From positions 33,852,001-33,916,000 of the forward strand of contig OZ360239.1 in assembly GCA_977017645.1 (NCBI GenBank): 64,000 bases of DNA, written 5' to 3'. Positions 25,001 to 40,000 of this stretch are shown piece after piece (the stretch's first letter is position 1; every line of letters begins with the position of its first letter). The position numbers were made by a program, and so were the translations under genes. This DNA is from Torpedo marmorata. Taxonomy: Eukaryota. A model generated the notes under the pieces. That model did not search any database. It had not been told where the DNA came from and was given only the letters and a program-made list of their open reading frames with translations.

Positions 25001-28000
25001 GGAGGTCCCAATTTTTGCAGTGGACAGAAGGAAGGTGCTCAACGAAACAGTCTTCCATTCTGCGTCCAGTCTCTCCGATGTAGAGGAGGCCACAACGGGA
25101 GCATCGGCTGCAGTAGATGTCACCTGCAAATTCACAATAGAAGAATTACTTCACTTGGAAGGACTGTTTGGGGCCCTGATTGGTGGTGAGGGAGGAGGTG
25201 TGGGCACAAGTGTAGCATTTCTTGAGATCACAGGGGTAGGTACCAAGGGGTGATTTGTGGGAAGGGATGAGTGATTGAGGGAGTCCTTGTGAGAGCGGTT
25301 CCTGAAGAAAGCGGAAAAGAGTGGAGATGGGAAGATGTTTCTGATGGTGCGATCACATTGTGGATGGCAGAAATTGCAGAGGATAGTATGTTGTGAGGTG
25401 AGGACAAGATGAATCCTGCCCTTTTTGCATCTCGGGGCGGAAGGGTCCAGGGCAGATTTGAGGGAAATAGAGAAGATTTAGATAACTGCTGAGATGATGG
25501 CAGAAATGTGGAAGCCACGATTTTGAAGAAGGAGGACATCTCGGATGTTCTGAAATGGAAGACATCATCCTGGGAGCAGTCATGACGGAGACAGAGGAAT
25601 TTAGAGAAAGGAATAAGATGCTTACCGGGGACAGTGGGTGAAGAGGTTGAGTTAAGGTAACTGTAGGAATTGGTATGTTTTATAGGTGTATGTGAGTTTA
25701 GCGTTTTGTATTATGTGTGAAGGAAAATGTTGTTATGCATGTCTTGGAAGGTCTGATTATAAAAGTGTGGCACAATGTTTCTTTTGTTCTTTGAATTGCT
25801 CAAATGATTTCCACAAAGTTTCATCATTGTGTTATTTATATAAATGTTAATTAATAAATAAATACATTTAATTGATTTTCAAAATGCGATCATTCTATTA
25901 ACAGCCTGGAAGTGTCATCGAGTTGCTCCTATGATTCCGTTGCAATATATGATGGACCTTCAACAAATTCCGCTTTGCTGGCAAAACTCTGCCATGATTC
26001 AAATGAAACTTTTACATCATCATCCAACAGCATGACTATTTATTTTCGATCAGATTCCAGTGTAACCAGACGTGGTTTTGTAGCAAACTATCGCTCTCTA
26101 TACGACAACAATGGTGAGCTTTGTTAAAATACTTGTTCAAGGAAGTGGAGCAAGTTAAAAAATGAAATTACCTGCAAAACATTTCATCATAATAAAAGTG
26201 AAATAGTAAAAAAAAATATGATAACTGTGTAGAAATTCTAATTGCAATTGAGAATCTTTGTGAATGCATGTGACACTACAAAGTTTTAGTTAGTTTCCCT
26301 GTGTATGTGAGGCAGAAATAATTGAAGTACACAGGAACATTTAGAGTAATGTCTATGATCGTACAATAAAGGGCCAACAACTTGGAGCCCATATATGAGA
26401 GCTATGGGTATGAATTAATTCTCTGGAAGTCGGCTCCGCTGGCGAAATCAACCTCCAATATATAAATAGAATTAGTTTGTAGTTTGTTTTCTCCTCACTT
26501 TAATTCTTTATAATTCAACTTTTTTCTTTTTATTCTTTTTTTTTCTTTTGTTTTTATTATTATTATTTTTTCTTTAGAATAGTGGTAGGGGGGGTTGGGG
26601 AGGGGAGGGTGGGAGGGAGGGAGGAAATATATCACATGTATTTGGAATGATATATTATTTTTGATTTATGTATTTTGAGATTTTAAAATTTAAATAAAAT
26701 TTTAAAAAAAGGGCCAACATTTAATTTAAAAAAATAATTGAGAGATACAACAGAGTAACATGCCCTTCCGGCTCACGTGCCCATGCCACCCAATTATATC
26801 CATGTTATCTGACTAACCCCGTACGTCTTTGAGCACCCGGAGGAAACCCACATGGAGACGTACAAACTCCTCACAGACAGTATCAGATTTGAACCCGGGT
26901 CGCTGGTACTGTAATAGCGGTGCACTAACTATTACGCTAATCATGTTATTTCAGCACTAATGAGTGGCTTACAATGTGGCAAGTAGGTCTGTGCAGTCAC
27001 AAGGTTTAATAAAATAATAGTAAATTCCGAGTGTTTCTTCTGTTTTGAATCTGCCCCACTTTGGCACGGCACGGGACGGGGTGGTAGAATGGGCTGCAGT
27101 ACCCAGGTTAGAAAGGGAGGTAACATAAAGATTTATTGAGGCCAGAAACTGTCACTGGAAGGGCATGAACATTCATTGTTAAGATTTGTCATTTCAAAAG
27201 TAGGACATATTAATTAACATCTGTAGAATCTTAACGCAATGGAGATTATTTGAATGAACAAGTGTGAAAGTAACATATTGATAATTAGGAACTGAAACAC
27301 ATTGCACATTTAAATTGCATTAAAAGGCCTTTTCATAATGAACATCTCGAGGTTTGACAATGATCTTGTGAGAGCAGATTGATCTTCAGAAAGTTTATGT
27401 TTGGTTCACTGGGTAGATGAGGCAGAAACTATCAGAAAATCCAGGGTCAATTGCAATGATGGTAGTTGAAGTACATCAGGAGGCAACAATATTTGTGTAT
27501 TCTTTCACCACTTGTACTTCGCTTACAATGTGATAATTTTGTCCTGCCCTGGCAGTGGTTGAGGTTTAAGGAAAATAGAATTCCCAGATTTGATTATCTT
27601 GTCAATCATTAAACTGCAGCAGGGCAAACGTATGGGTTTTATAATTGGTCACAGCACCCAGATTAAATACAGAGGTAATTTATATTTAATCTGGGCACTG
27701 TGACCAATTCTAAAAAGCATTTAGATCAGGAAATGCCATTGGAAGGTCATGTACATTCAATGCAAAGACTCTGTAAGATCAACAGTTCCATAAGAGAGGG
27801 AGGAGAGATAGACTGGCAGCTGTAGAAGCTCATTGCAATGAAGAATTCTGAAATAAGGAAAGCTGGCAACAAATACTGTGAGAGGGACAAAAAGAAATAG
27901 TGTTTCTTTTTCCTTTTATTGTCCCAGCCAGACTTATCAATTTCCTTATTGTTCACAGGTGGATCATGTGGAGGATTCCTTGATGGTGCCTCTGGGTCTG

Positions 28001-31000
28001 TCATCAGTCCTGGTTATCCAAACACCTATACAAATAATGCAGCCTGCATTTGGTACATCAGAGTGAACAGCAGCAAAATAATAGATCTGCGGTTTATTGA
28101 CCTTGAGTAAGTGAAGATGATTTGACCTTCATTTTATGATACAACTAATCTCAGGGTCGATACCGTTAACTAACAGATTTAATCGATAATTTCAAATTCA
28201 CGCAATACATTCAAGGCATTAATTATTTGAAGCTGAATCCGATGTTTGGTCCCTTTCACAAAACTTTGTTGTCTGCTTGATTTCCATTAATCTAAGGACT
28301 CTATGAACACATGATTAATAATGTATTTTAGCATTTTCTCATGACAGCTGTTGTGAACCTGCCTGTAATTTTCATTTGTAATTTCCTACCATCTTGCATT
28401 TTTGAATGTGAAAAATAATCCCTGATTATGGCTGCTCCTTGAATGTGAACCTGCTGGATATGAGGACAATCACATTAATTGTTATGATGGCATGATAGTC
28501 AAGATACTGGACTAGTTTGGAGTAATGTGGTGGAGACATATGTTTGAAACGTATGGTGACAGATGAGAAATTCATAGAATAAAATAAATCTGGAATAATG
28601 ATCATGATAGGTTATAAAGTCTGATCACATAGAGGATGAATTCAAGGATATACATTTAATATGATAAGTAATATATATCATAAGTATGTGTGATAAAAGG
28701 TTTTTAAGCAGTGTAGCAGCATGGGATTTCATAAGGGACTGTCCAATATAGAAAAAATTAATATAGGGGGAAAGGGCAGAATAGTGGATTCTGCTGACGT
28801 GAACCCTACCATCGCAATCGGCCAAACAATTTAATGCTTTGATAGCTGCCGGAACACATAACAAGATGAAATAAATTTCAAGAGGCATGTTCAGTGTGTA
28901 AGGAATTTACTTGATTTGAATTAAGAGCAAAATCTGGAGAAACATTCATGCAAAATTATTATTTATAGGAATAAAGCAGCCAGTGTTAAATAATGAGAGT
29001 TGAAACCAGGTAGATATTTTGGTACAATACACAAAAGTGCTGGAGAAAATCAGCAGGTCAAGCAGCATCTATAGGAAGTAAAGGATAACCAAAGTTTCGG
29101 GTCAGAGCCCTTTGTCAAGGTATGAGGAAAATACAGGCAGCTGCCTGAATAAAATGGTGAGAGGGTTGGTGGAGAAGAAAGGAGGGAGGAAGGGGCAGGG
29201 GGAGGAGTTCAGGTCATAGGTGGATAGAGGTGGGAGGACAGAAGAGAAAAAAAATCTGAGGTGATGGGGGAGGGAGTATCTGTGAATACAGAGATAAGGA
29301 AAGGGGGTGAGGGCTGGAGGAAAGGAGACAGATAGGGAAAGGGAGAGACTCAGGGGAGGGGTTTAATGAAAACTGGAGGTCGATGTTAATGCCGTCTGCT
29401 TGGAGAGTGCCCAGATGGAATATTAGGTGTTGTTCCTCCAATTTGCGGGTGGCCTTGGTTTGCAAGTTCATGACGCCATGATCTGCCAACCTGTTGGTAT
29501 GGGAATGGTGTATGGAATTTAAATGGTTTGATACTGGGAGGTCCCAATTTTTGCAGTGGACAGAGGGAAAATGCTCAACGAAACAGTCTTCCATTCTGCG
29601 TCCAGTCTCTCCGATGCAGAGGAGGCCACAACAGGAGCATCGGCCGCAGTAGATGTTGCCTGCAAATTCTCAATGGAAATGGTACTTAACTTGGAAGGAC
29701 TGTTTGGGGCCCCGATTGGTGGTGAGGAAGGAGGTGTGGGCACAGTGTAGCATTTCTTGAGATCATAGGGGTAGGTACCAAGGGGGGATTAGTGGGAAGG
29801 GATGAGTGATTGAGGGAGTCATTGTGGGAGTGGTCCCTGAAGAAAGTGGAGGAGGGTGGAGATGGGAAGATGTTTCTGATGGTGCGATCACATTGTGGAT
29901 TGCAGAAATTGCAGAGGATAATATGTTGTGAGGTGAGGACAAGGTGAATCCCGTCCTCTTTGCATCTCGGGGTGGAAGCGTCCAGGGCAGATTGGAGGGA
30001 AATAGAGAAGATTTAGATAACTGCTGAGATGATGGCAGAAGTGTGGAAGCCACGATTTTGAAGAAGGAGGACATCTCGGATGTTCTGAAATGGAAGACAT
30101 CATCCTGGGAGCAGTCATGGCTGAGACAGAGGAATTTAGATAAAGGAATAAGATGCTTACCGGGGACAGTGGGTGAAGAGGTTGAGTTAAGGTAACTGTA
30201 GGAATTGGTATGTTTTATAGGTGTATGTGAGTTTAGCGTTTTGTATTATGTGTGAAGGAAAATGTTGTTATGCATGTCTTGGAAGGTCTGATTATAAAAG
30301 TGTGGCACAATGTTTCTTTTGTTCTTTGAATTGCTCAAATGATTTCCACAAAGTTTCATCATTGTGTTATTTATATAAATGTTAATTAATAAATAAATAC
30401 ATTTAATTGATTTTCAAAATGTGATCATTCTATTAACAGCCTGGAAGTGTCATCGAGTTGCTCCTATGATTCCGTTGCAATATATGATGGACCTTCAACA
30501 AATTCCGCTTTGCTGGCAAAACTCTGCCAAGATTCAAATGAAACTTTTACATCATCATCCAACAGCATGACTATTTATTTTCGATCAGATGCCAGTGTAA
30601 CCAGGCGTGGTTTTGTAGCAAACTATCGCTCTCTAAATGGTGAGCTTTGTTAAAATACTTGTTGAAGGAAGTGGAGCAAGTTTAAAAAATGAAATTACCT
30701 ACAATACACTTCATCACAATAAAAGTGAAAAAGTAAAAAAAATATGATAACTGTGTAGAAATTCTAATTGCAATTGAGAATCTTTGTGAATGCATGTGAC
30801 ACTACAAAGTTTTAGTTAGTTTCCCTGTGTATGTGAGGCAGAAATAATTGAAGTACACAGGAACATTTAGAGAAATGTCTATAATCGTACAATAAAGGGC
30901 CAACATTTAATTTAAAAAAATAATTGAGAGATACAACAGAGTAACATGCCCTTCTGGCTCACGTGCCCATGCCACCCAATTATATCCATGTTATCTGACT

Positions 31001-34000
31001 AACCCCGTACGTCTTTGAGCACCCGGAGGAAACCCACATGGTGACGTACAAACTCCTCACAGACAGTATCAGATTTGAACCCGGGTCACTGGTACTGTAA
31101 TAGCGGTGCACTAACTATTACGCTAATCATGTTATTTCAGCACTAATGAGTGGCTTACAATGTGGCAAGTAGGTCTGTGCAGTCACAAGGTTTAATAAAA
31201 TAATAGTAAATTCCGAGTGTTTCTTCTGTTTTGAATCTGCCCCACTTTGGCACGGCACGGGACGGGGTGTTAGAATGAGCTGCAGTACCCAGGTAAGAAA
31301 GGGAGCTAACATAAAGATTCATTGAGGCCAGAAACTGTCAGTGGAAGGGCATGAACATTCATTGTTAAGATTTGTCATTTCAAAAGTAGGACATATTAAT
31401 TAACATCTTTAGAATCTTAACGCAATGGAGATTATTTGAATGAACAAGTGTGAAAGTAACATATTGATTATTAGGAACTGAAACACATTGCACATTTAAA
31501 TTGCATTAAAAGGCCTTTTCATAATGAACATCTCGAGGTTTGACAATGATCTTGTGAGAGCAGATTGATCTTCAGAAAGTTTATGTTTGGTTCACTGGGT
31601 AGATGAGGCAGAAACTATCAGAAAATCCAGGGTCAATTGCAATGATGGTAGTTGAAGTACATCAGGAGGCACCAATATTTGTGTATTCTCTCACCACTTG
31701 TACTTCATTTAGAATGTGATAATTTTGTCCTGCCCTGGCAGTGGTTGAGGTTTAAAGAAAATAGAATTCCCAGATTTGATTATTTTGTCAATCCATTCAA
31801 CTGCAGGAGGGCAAATGTATGGGTTTTAGAATTGGTCACAGTGCCCAGATTAAATACAGAGGTAAATGATATATAATCTGGGCACTGTGACCAATTCTAA
31901 AAAGCAGTAAGATCAGGAAATGCCATTGGAAGGTCATGAACATTCAATGCAAAGACTCTGTAAAATCAACAGTTCCATCAGGCAGTGAGGAGAGATAGAC
32001 TGGCAGCTGTAGAAGCTCATTGCAATGAAGAATTCTGAAATAAGGAAAGCTGGCAACAAATACTGTGAGAGGGACAAAATAAATAGTGTTTCTTTTTCCT
32101 TTTATTGTCCCAGCCAGACTTATCAATTTCCTTATTGTTCACAGGTGGATCATGTGGAGGATTCCTTGATGGTGCCTCTGGGTCTGTCATCAGTCCTGGT
32201 TATCCAAACACCTATACAAATAATGCAGCCTGCATTTGGTACATCAGAGTGAACAGCAGCAAAATAATAGATCTGCGGTTTATTGACCTTGAGTAAGTGA
32301 AGATGATTTGACCTTCATTTTATGATACAACTAATGTCAGGGTCGATAACGTTAACTAACTGTTTTAATCGATAATTTCAAATTCACTCAATACATTCAA
32401 GGCATTAATTATTTGAAGCTGAATCGTATGCTTTGTCCTTTCACAAAGCTTTGTTGACTTTGCTCAATTTCCATGAATCTAAATACTCTATGAACACATG
32501 ATTAATAATGTATTTTAGCATTTTCTCATGACAGCTGTTGTGAACCTGCCTGTAATTTTCATTTGTAATTTCCTACCATCTTGCATTTTTGAATGTGAAA
32601 AATAATCCCTGATTATGGCTGCTCCTTGAATGTGAACCTGCTGGATATGAGGACAATCACATTAATTGTTATGATGGCATGATAGTCAAGATACTGGACT
32701 ACTCTGGAGTAATGTGGTGGAGACATATGTTTGAAACGTATGGTGACAGCTGAGAAATTCATAGAATAAAATAAATCTGGAATAATGATCATGATAGGTT
32801 ATAAAGTCTGATCACATAGAGGATGAATTCAGGGACATACATTTAATATGATAAGTAATATTTATCATAAGTATGTGTGATTAAAGGTTTTTTAAGCAGT
32901 GTAGCAGCATGGGATTTCATAAGGGACTGTCCAATGTAGAAAAAATTAATATAGGGGGAAAGGGCAGAATAGTGGAATCTGCTGACGTGAACCCTACCAT
33001 CGCAATCGGCCAAACAATTTAATGCTTTGATAGCTGCCGGAACACATAACAAGATGAAATAAATTTCAAGAGGCATGTTCAGTGTGTAAGGAATTTACTT
33101 GATTTGAATTAAGAGCAAAATCTGGAGAAACATTCATGCAAAATTATTATTTATAGGAATAAAGCAGCCAGTGTTAAATAATGAGAGTTGAAACCAGGTA
33201 GATATTTTGGTACAATACACAAAAGTGCTGGAGAAAATCAGCAGGTCACGCAGCATGTATAGGAAGTAAAGGATAACCAATGTTTCGGGTCAGAGCCCTT
33301 TGTCAAGCTATGAGGAAAATACAGGCAGCTGCCTGAATAAAAAGGTGAGAGGGTTGGTGGAGAAGAAAGGAGGGAGGAAGGGGCAGGGGGAGGAGTACAG
33401 GTCATAGGTGGATAGAGGTGGGAGGACAGAAGAGAAAAAAAATCTGAGGTGATGGGGGAGGGAGTATCTGTGAATACAGAGATAAGGAAAGGGGGTGAGG
33501 GCTGGAGGAAAGGAGACAGATAGGGAAAGGGAGAGACTCAGGGGAGGGGTTTAACGAAAACTGGAGGTCGATGTTAATGCCGTCTGCTTGGAGAGTGCCC
33601 AGATGGAATATTAGGTGTTGTTCCTCCAATTTGCGGGTGGCCTTGGTTTGCAAGTTCATGACGCCATGATCTGCCAACCTGTTGGTATGGGAATGGTGTG
33701 TGGAATTTAAATGGTTGGCTACTGGGAGGTCCCAATTTTTGCAGTGGACAGAGGGAAGATGCTCAACGAAACAGTCTTCCATTCTGCGTCCAGTCTCTCC
33801 GATGTAGAGGAGGCCACAACGGGAGCATCGGCCGCAGTAGATGTCGCCTGAAAATTCACAATGGAAATGGTACTTCACTTGGAAGGACTGTTTGGGGCCC
33901 CGATTGGTGGTGAGGAAGGAGATGTGGGCACAGTGTAGCATTTCTTGAGATCACAGGGGTAGGTACCAAGGGGGGATTAGTGGGAAGGGATGAGTGATTG

Positions 34001-37000
34001 AGGGAGTCCTTGTGGGAGCGGTCCCTGAAGAAAGCGGAGAAGGGTGGAGATGGGAAGATGTTTCTGATGGTGCGATCACATTGTGGATTGCAGAAATTGC
34101 AGAGGATAGTATGTTGTGAGGTGAGGACAAGGTGAATCCCGTCCTTTTTGCATCTCGGGGTGGAAGGGTCCAGGGCAGATTTGAGGGAAATAGAGAAGAT
34201 TTAGATAACTGCTGAGATGATGGCAGAAATGTGGAAGCCACGATTTTGAAGAAGGAGGACATCTCGGATGTTCTGAAATGGAAGACATCATCCTGGGAGC
34301 AGTCATGACGGAGACAGAGGAATTTAGATAAAGGAATAAGATGCTTATCGGGGACAGTGGGTGAAGAGGTTGAGTTAAGGTAACTGTAGGAATTGGTATG
34401 TTTTATAGGTGTATGTGAGTTTAGCGTGTTGTATTATGTGTGAAGGAAAATGTTGTTATGCATGTCTTGGAAGGTCTGATTATAAAAGTGTGGCACAATG
34501 TTTCTTTTGTTCTTTGAATTGCTCAAATGATTTCCACATAGTTTCATCATTGTGTTATTTTTATAAATGTTAATTAATAAATAAATACAATTAATTGATT
34601 TTCAAAATGTGATCATTCTATTAACAGCCTGGAAGTGTCATCGAGTTGCTCCTATGATTCCGTTGCAATATATGATGGACCTTCAACAAATTCCGCTTTG
34701 CTGGCAAAACTCTGCCAAGATTCAAATGAAACTTTTACATCATCATCCAACAGCATGACTATTTATTTTCGATCAGATGCCAGTGTAACCAGGCGTGGTT
34801 TTGTAGCAAACTATCGCTCTCTATATGACAACAATGGTGAGCTTTGTTAAAATACTTGTTGAAGGAAGTGGAACAAGTTAAAAAATGAAATTACCTACAA
34901 AACACTTCATCACAATAAAAGTGAAAAAGTAAAAAAAATATGATAACTGTGTAGAAATTCTAATTGCAATTGAGAATCTTTGTGAATGCATGTGACACTA
35001 CAATGTTTTAGTTTGTTTCCCTGTGTATGTGAGGCAGAAATAATTGAAGTACACAGGAACATTTAGAGTAATGTCTATGATCGTACAATAAAGGGCCAAC
35101 ATTTAATTTAAAAAAATAATTGAGAGATACAACAGAGTAACATGCCCTTCTGGCTCACGTGCCCATGCCACCCAATTATATCCATGTTATCTGACCAACC
35201 CCGTACGTCTTTGAGTACCCGGAGGAAACCCACAAGGAGACGTACAAACTCCTCACAGACAGCATCAGATTTGAACCCGGGTCGCTGGTACTGTAATAGC
35301 GGTGCACTAACCACTACGCTAATCATGTTATTTCAGCACTAATGAGTGGCTTATAATGTGGCATGTTGGTCTGTGCAGTCACAAGGTTTAATAAAATAAT
35401 AGTAAATTCCGAGTGTTTCTTCTGTTTTGAATCTGCCCCACTTTGGCACGGCACAGGACGGGGTGTTAGAATGAGCTGCAGTACCCAGGTTAGAAAGGGA
35501 GGTAACATAAAGATTCATTGAGGCCAGAAACTGTCACTGGAAGGGAATGAACATTCATTGTTAAGATTTGTCATTTCAAAAGTAGGACATATTGATTAAC
35601 ATCTTTAGAATCTTAACGCAATGGAGATTATTTGAATGAGCAAGTGTGAAAATAACATATTGATAATTAGGAACTGAAACACATTGCACATTTAAATTGC
35701 ATTAAAAAGCCTTTTCATAATGAACATCTCGAGGTTTGACAATGATCTTGTGAGAGCAGATTGATCTTCAGAAAATTTTTGTTTGGTTCACTGGGTAGAT
35801 GAGGCAGAAACTATCAGAAAATCCAGGGTCAATTGCAATGATGGTAGTTGAAGTACATCAGGAGGCACCAATATTTGTGTATTCTTTCACCACTTGTACT
35901 TCGCTTACAATGTGATAATTTTGTCCTGCCCTGGCAGTGGTTGAGGTTTAAAGAAAATAGAATTCCCAGATTTGATTATCTTGTCAATCATTAAACTGCA
36001 GCAGGGCAAACGTATGGGTCTTAGAATTGGTCACAGCGCCCAGATTAAATACAGAGGTAATTTATATTTAATCTGGGCACTGTGACCAATTCTAAAAAGC
36101 ATTTAGATCAGGAAATGCCATTGGAAGGTCATGTACATTCAATGCAAAGACTCTGTAAGATCAACAGTTCCATAAGAGAGGGAGGAGAGATAGTCTGGCA
36201 GATGTAAAAGCTCATTGCAATGAAGAATTCTGAAATAAGGAAAGCTGGCAACAAATACTGTGAGAGGGACAAAAAGAAATAGTGTTTCTTTTTCCTTTTA
36301 TTGTCCCAGCCAGACTTATCAATTTCCTTATTGTTCACAGGTGGATCATGTGGAGGATTCCTTGATGGTGCCTCTGGGTCTGTCATCAGTCCTGGTTATC
36401 CAAACACCTATACAAATAATGCAGCCTGCATTTGGTACATCAGAGTGAACAGCAGCAAAATAATAGATCTGCGGTTTATTGACCTTGAGTAAGTGAAGAT
36501 GATTTGACCTTCATTTTATGATACAACTAATCTCAGGGTCGATACCATTAACTAACAGTTTTAATCGATAATTTCAAATTCACGCAATACATTCAAGGCA
36601 TTAATTATTTGAAGCTGAATCCGATGTTTGGTCCCTTTCACAAAACTTTGTTGACTGCTTCATTTCCATTAGTCTAAGGACTCTATGAACACATGATTAA
36701 TAATGTATTTTAGCATTTTCTCATGACAGCTGTTGTGAACCTGCCTGTAATTTTCATTTGTAATTTCCTACCATCTTGCATTTTTGAATGTGAAAAATAA
36801 TCCCTGATTATGGCTGCTCCTTGAATATGAACCTGCTGGATATGAGGACAATCACATTAATTGTTATGATGGCATGATAGTCAAGATACTGGACTACTCT
36901 GGAGTAATGTGGTGGAGACATATGTTTGAAACGTATGGTGACAGCTGAGAAATTCATAGAATAAAATAAATCTGGAATAATGATCATGATAGGTTATAAA

Positions 37001-40000
37001 GTCTTAACACATAGAGGATGAATTCAGGGACATACATTTAATATGATAAGTAATATTTATCATAAGTATGTGTGATTAAAGGTTTTTAAGCAGTGTAGCA
37101 GCATGGGATTTCATAAGGGACTGTCCAATGTAGAAAAAATTAATATAGGGGGAAAGGGCAGAAGAGTGGAATCTGCTGACGTGAACCCTACCATCGCAAT
37201 CGGCCAAACAATTTAATGCTTTGATAGCTGCCGGAACACATAACAAGATGAAATAAATTTCAAGAGGCATGTTCAGTGTGTAAGGAATTTACTTGATTTG
37301 AATTAAGAGCAAAATCTGGAGAAACATTCATGCAAAATTATTATTTATAGGAATAAAGCAGCCAGTGTTAAATAATGAGAGTTGAAACCAGGTAGATATT
37401 TTGGTACAATACACAAAAGTGCTGGAGAAAATCAGCAGGTCACGCAGCATGTATAGGAAGTAAAGGATAACCAAAGTTCCGGGTCAGAGCCCTTTGTCAA
37501 GCTATGAGGAAAATACAGGCAGCTGCCTGAATAAAAAGGTGAGAGGGTTGGTGGAGAAGAAAGGAGGGAGGAAGGGGCAGGGGGAGGAGTACAGGTCATA
37601 GGTGGATAGAGGTGGGAGGACAGAAGAGAAAATAAATCTGAGGTGATGGGGGAGGGAGTATCTGTGAATACAGAGATAAGGAAAGGGGGTGAGGGCTGGA
37701 GGAAAGGAGACAGATAGGGAAAGGGAGAGACTCAGGGGAGGGGTTTAACGAAAACTGGAGTTCGATGTTAATGCCGTCTGCTTGGAGAGTGCCCAGATGG
37801 AATATTAGGTGTTGTTTCTCCAATTTGCGGGTGGCCTTGGTTTGCAAGTTCATGACGCCATGATCTGCCAACCTGTTGGTATGGGAATGGTGTGTGGAAT
37901 TTAAATGGTTGGCTACTGGGAGGTCCCAATTTTTGCAGTGGACAGAGGGAAGATGCTCAACGAAACAGTCTTCCATTCTGCGTCCAGTCTCTCCGATGTA
38001 GAGGAGGCCACAACGGGAGCATCGGCCGCAGTAGATGTTGCCTGAAAATTCACAATGGAAATGGTACTTCACTTGGAAGGACTGTTGGGGCCCCGTTTGG
38101 TGGTGAGGAAGGAGGTGTGGGCACAGTGTAGCATTTCTTGAGATCACAGTGGTAGGTACCAAGGGGGGATTAGTGGGAAGGGATGAGTGATTGAGGGAGT
38201 CCTTGTGGGAGCGGTCCCTGAAGAAAGCGGAGAAGGGTGGAGATGGGAAGATGTTTCTGATGGTGCGATCACATTGTGGATTGCAGAAATTGCAGAGGAT
38301 AGTATGTTGTGAGGTGAGGACAAGGTGAATCCCGTCCTTTTTGCATCTCGGGGTGGAAGGGTCCAGGGCAGATTTGAGAGAAATAGAGAAGATTTAGATA
38401 TCTGCTGAGATGATGGCAGAAGAGTGGAAGCCACGATTTTGAAGAAGGAGGACATCTCGGATGTTCTGAAATGGAAGACGTCATCCTGGGAGCAGTCATG
38501 ACGGAGACAGAGGAATTTAGATAAAGGAATAAGATGCTTACCGGGGACAGTGGGTGAAGAGGTTGAGTTAAGGGAACTGTAGGAATTGGTATGTTTTATA
38601 GGTGTATGTGAGTTTAGCGTTTTGTATTATGTGTGAAGAAAAATGTTGTTATGCATGTCTTGGAAGGTCTGATTATAAAAGTGTGGCACAATGTTTCTTT
38701 TGTTCTTTGAATTGCTCAAATGATTTCCACATAGTTTCATCATTGTTATTTTTATAAATGTTAATTAATAAATAAATACAATTAATTGATTTTCAAAATG
38801 TGATCATTCTATTAACAGCCTGGAAGTGTCATCGAGTTGCTCCTATGATTCCGTTGCAATATATGATGGACCTTCAACAAATTCTGCTTTGCTGGCAAAA
38901 CTCTGCCAAGATTCAAATGAAACTTTTACATCATCATCCAACAGCATGACTATTTATTTTCGATCAGATGCCAGTGTAACCAGGCGTGGTTTTGTAGCAA
39001 ACTATCGCTCTCTATATGGTGAGCTTTGTTAAAATACTTGTTGAATGAAGTGGAGCAAGTTAAAAAATGAAATTACCTACAAAACACTTCATCACAATAA
39101 AAGTAAAAAAGTAAAAAAAAATGATAACTGTGTAGAAATTCTAATTGCAATTGAGAATCTTTGTGAATGCATGTGACACTACAAAGTTTTAGTTAGTTTC
39201 CCTGTGTATGTGAGGCAGAAATAATTGAAGTACACAGGAACATTTAGAGTAATGTCTATGATCGTACAATAAAGGGCCAACATTTAATTAAAAAAATAAT
39301 TGAGAGATACAACAGAGTAACATGCCCTTCCGGCTCACGTGCCCATGCCACCCAATTATATCCATGTTTTCTGACTAACCCCGTACGTCTTTGAGTACCC
39401 GGAGGAAACCCACATGGAGACGTACAAACTCCTCACAGACAGTATCAGATTTGAACCCGGGTCGCTGGTACTGTAATAGCATTGCACTAACCACAACGCT
39501 AATCTTGTTATTTCAGCACTAATGAGTGGCTTACAATGTGGCAAGTTGCTCTGTCCAGTCACAAGTTTTAATAAAATAATAGTAAATTCCGAGTGTTTCT
39601 TCTGTTTTGAATCTGCCCCACTTTGGCACGGCACGGGACGGTGTGTTAGAATGGGCTGCAGTACCCAGGTTAGAAAGGGAGGTAACATAAAGATTCATTG
39701 AGGCCAGAAACTGTCACTGGAAGGGCATGAACATTCATTGTTAAGATTTGTCATTTCAAAACGAGGACATATTGATTAACATCTTTAGAATCTTAACGCA
39801 ATGGAGATTATTTGAATGAACAAGTGTGAAAATAACATATTGATAATTAGGAACTGAAACTCATTGCACATTTAAATTGCATTAAAAGGCCTTTTCATAA
39901 TGAACATCTCGAGGTTTGACAATGATCTTGTGAGAGCAGATTGATCTTCAGAAAGTTTATGTTTGGTTCACTGGGTAGATGAGGCAGAAACTAGCGGAAA

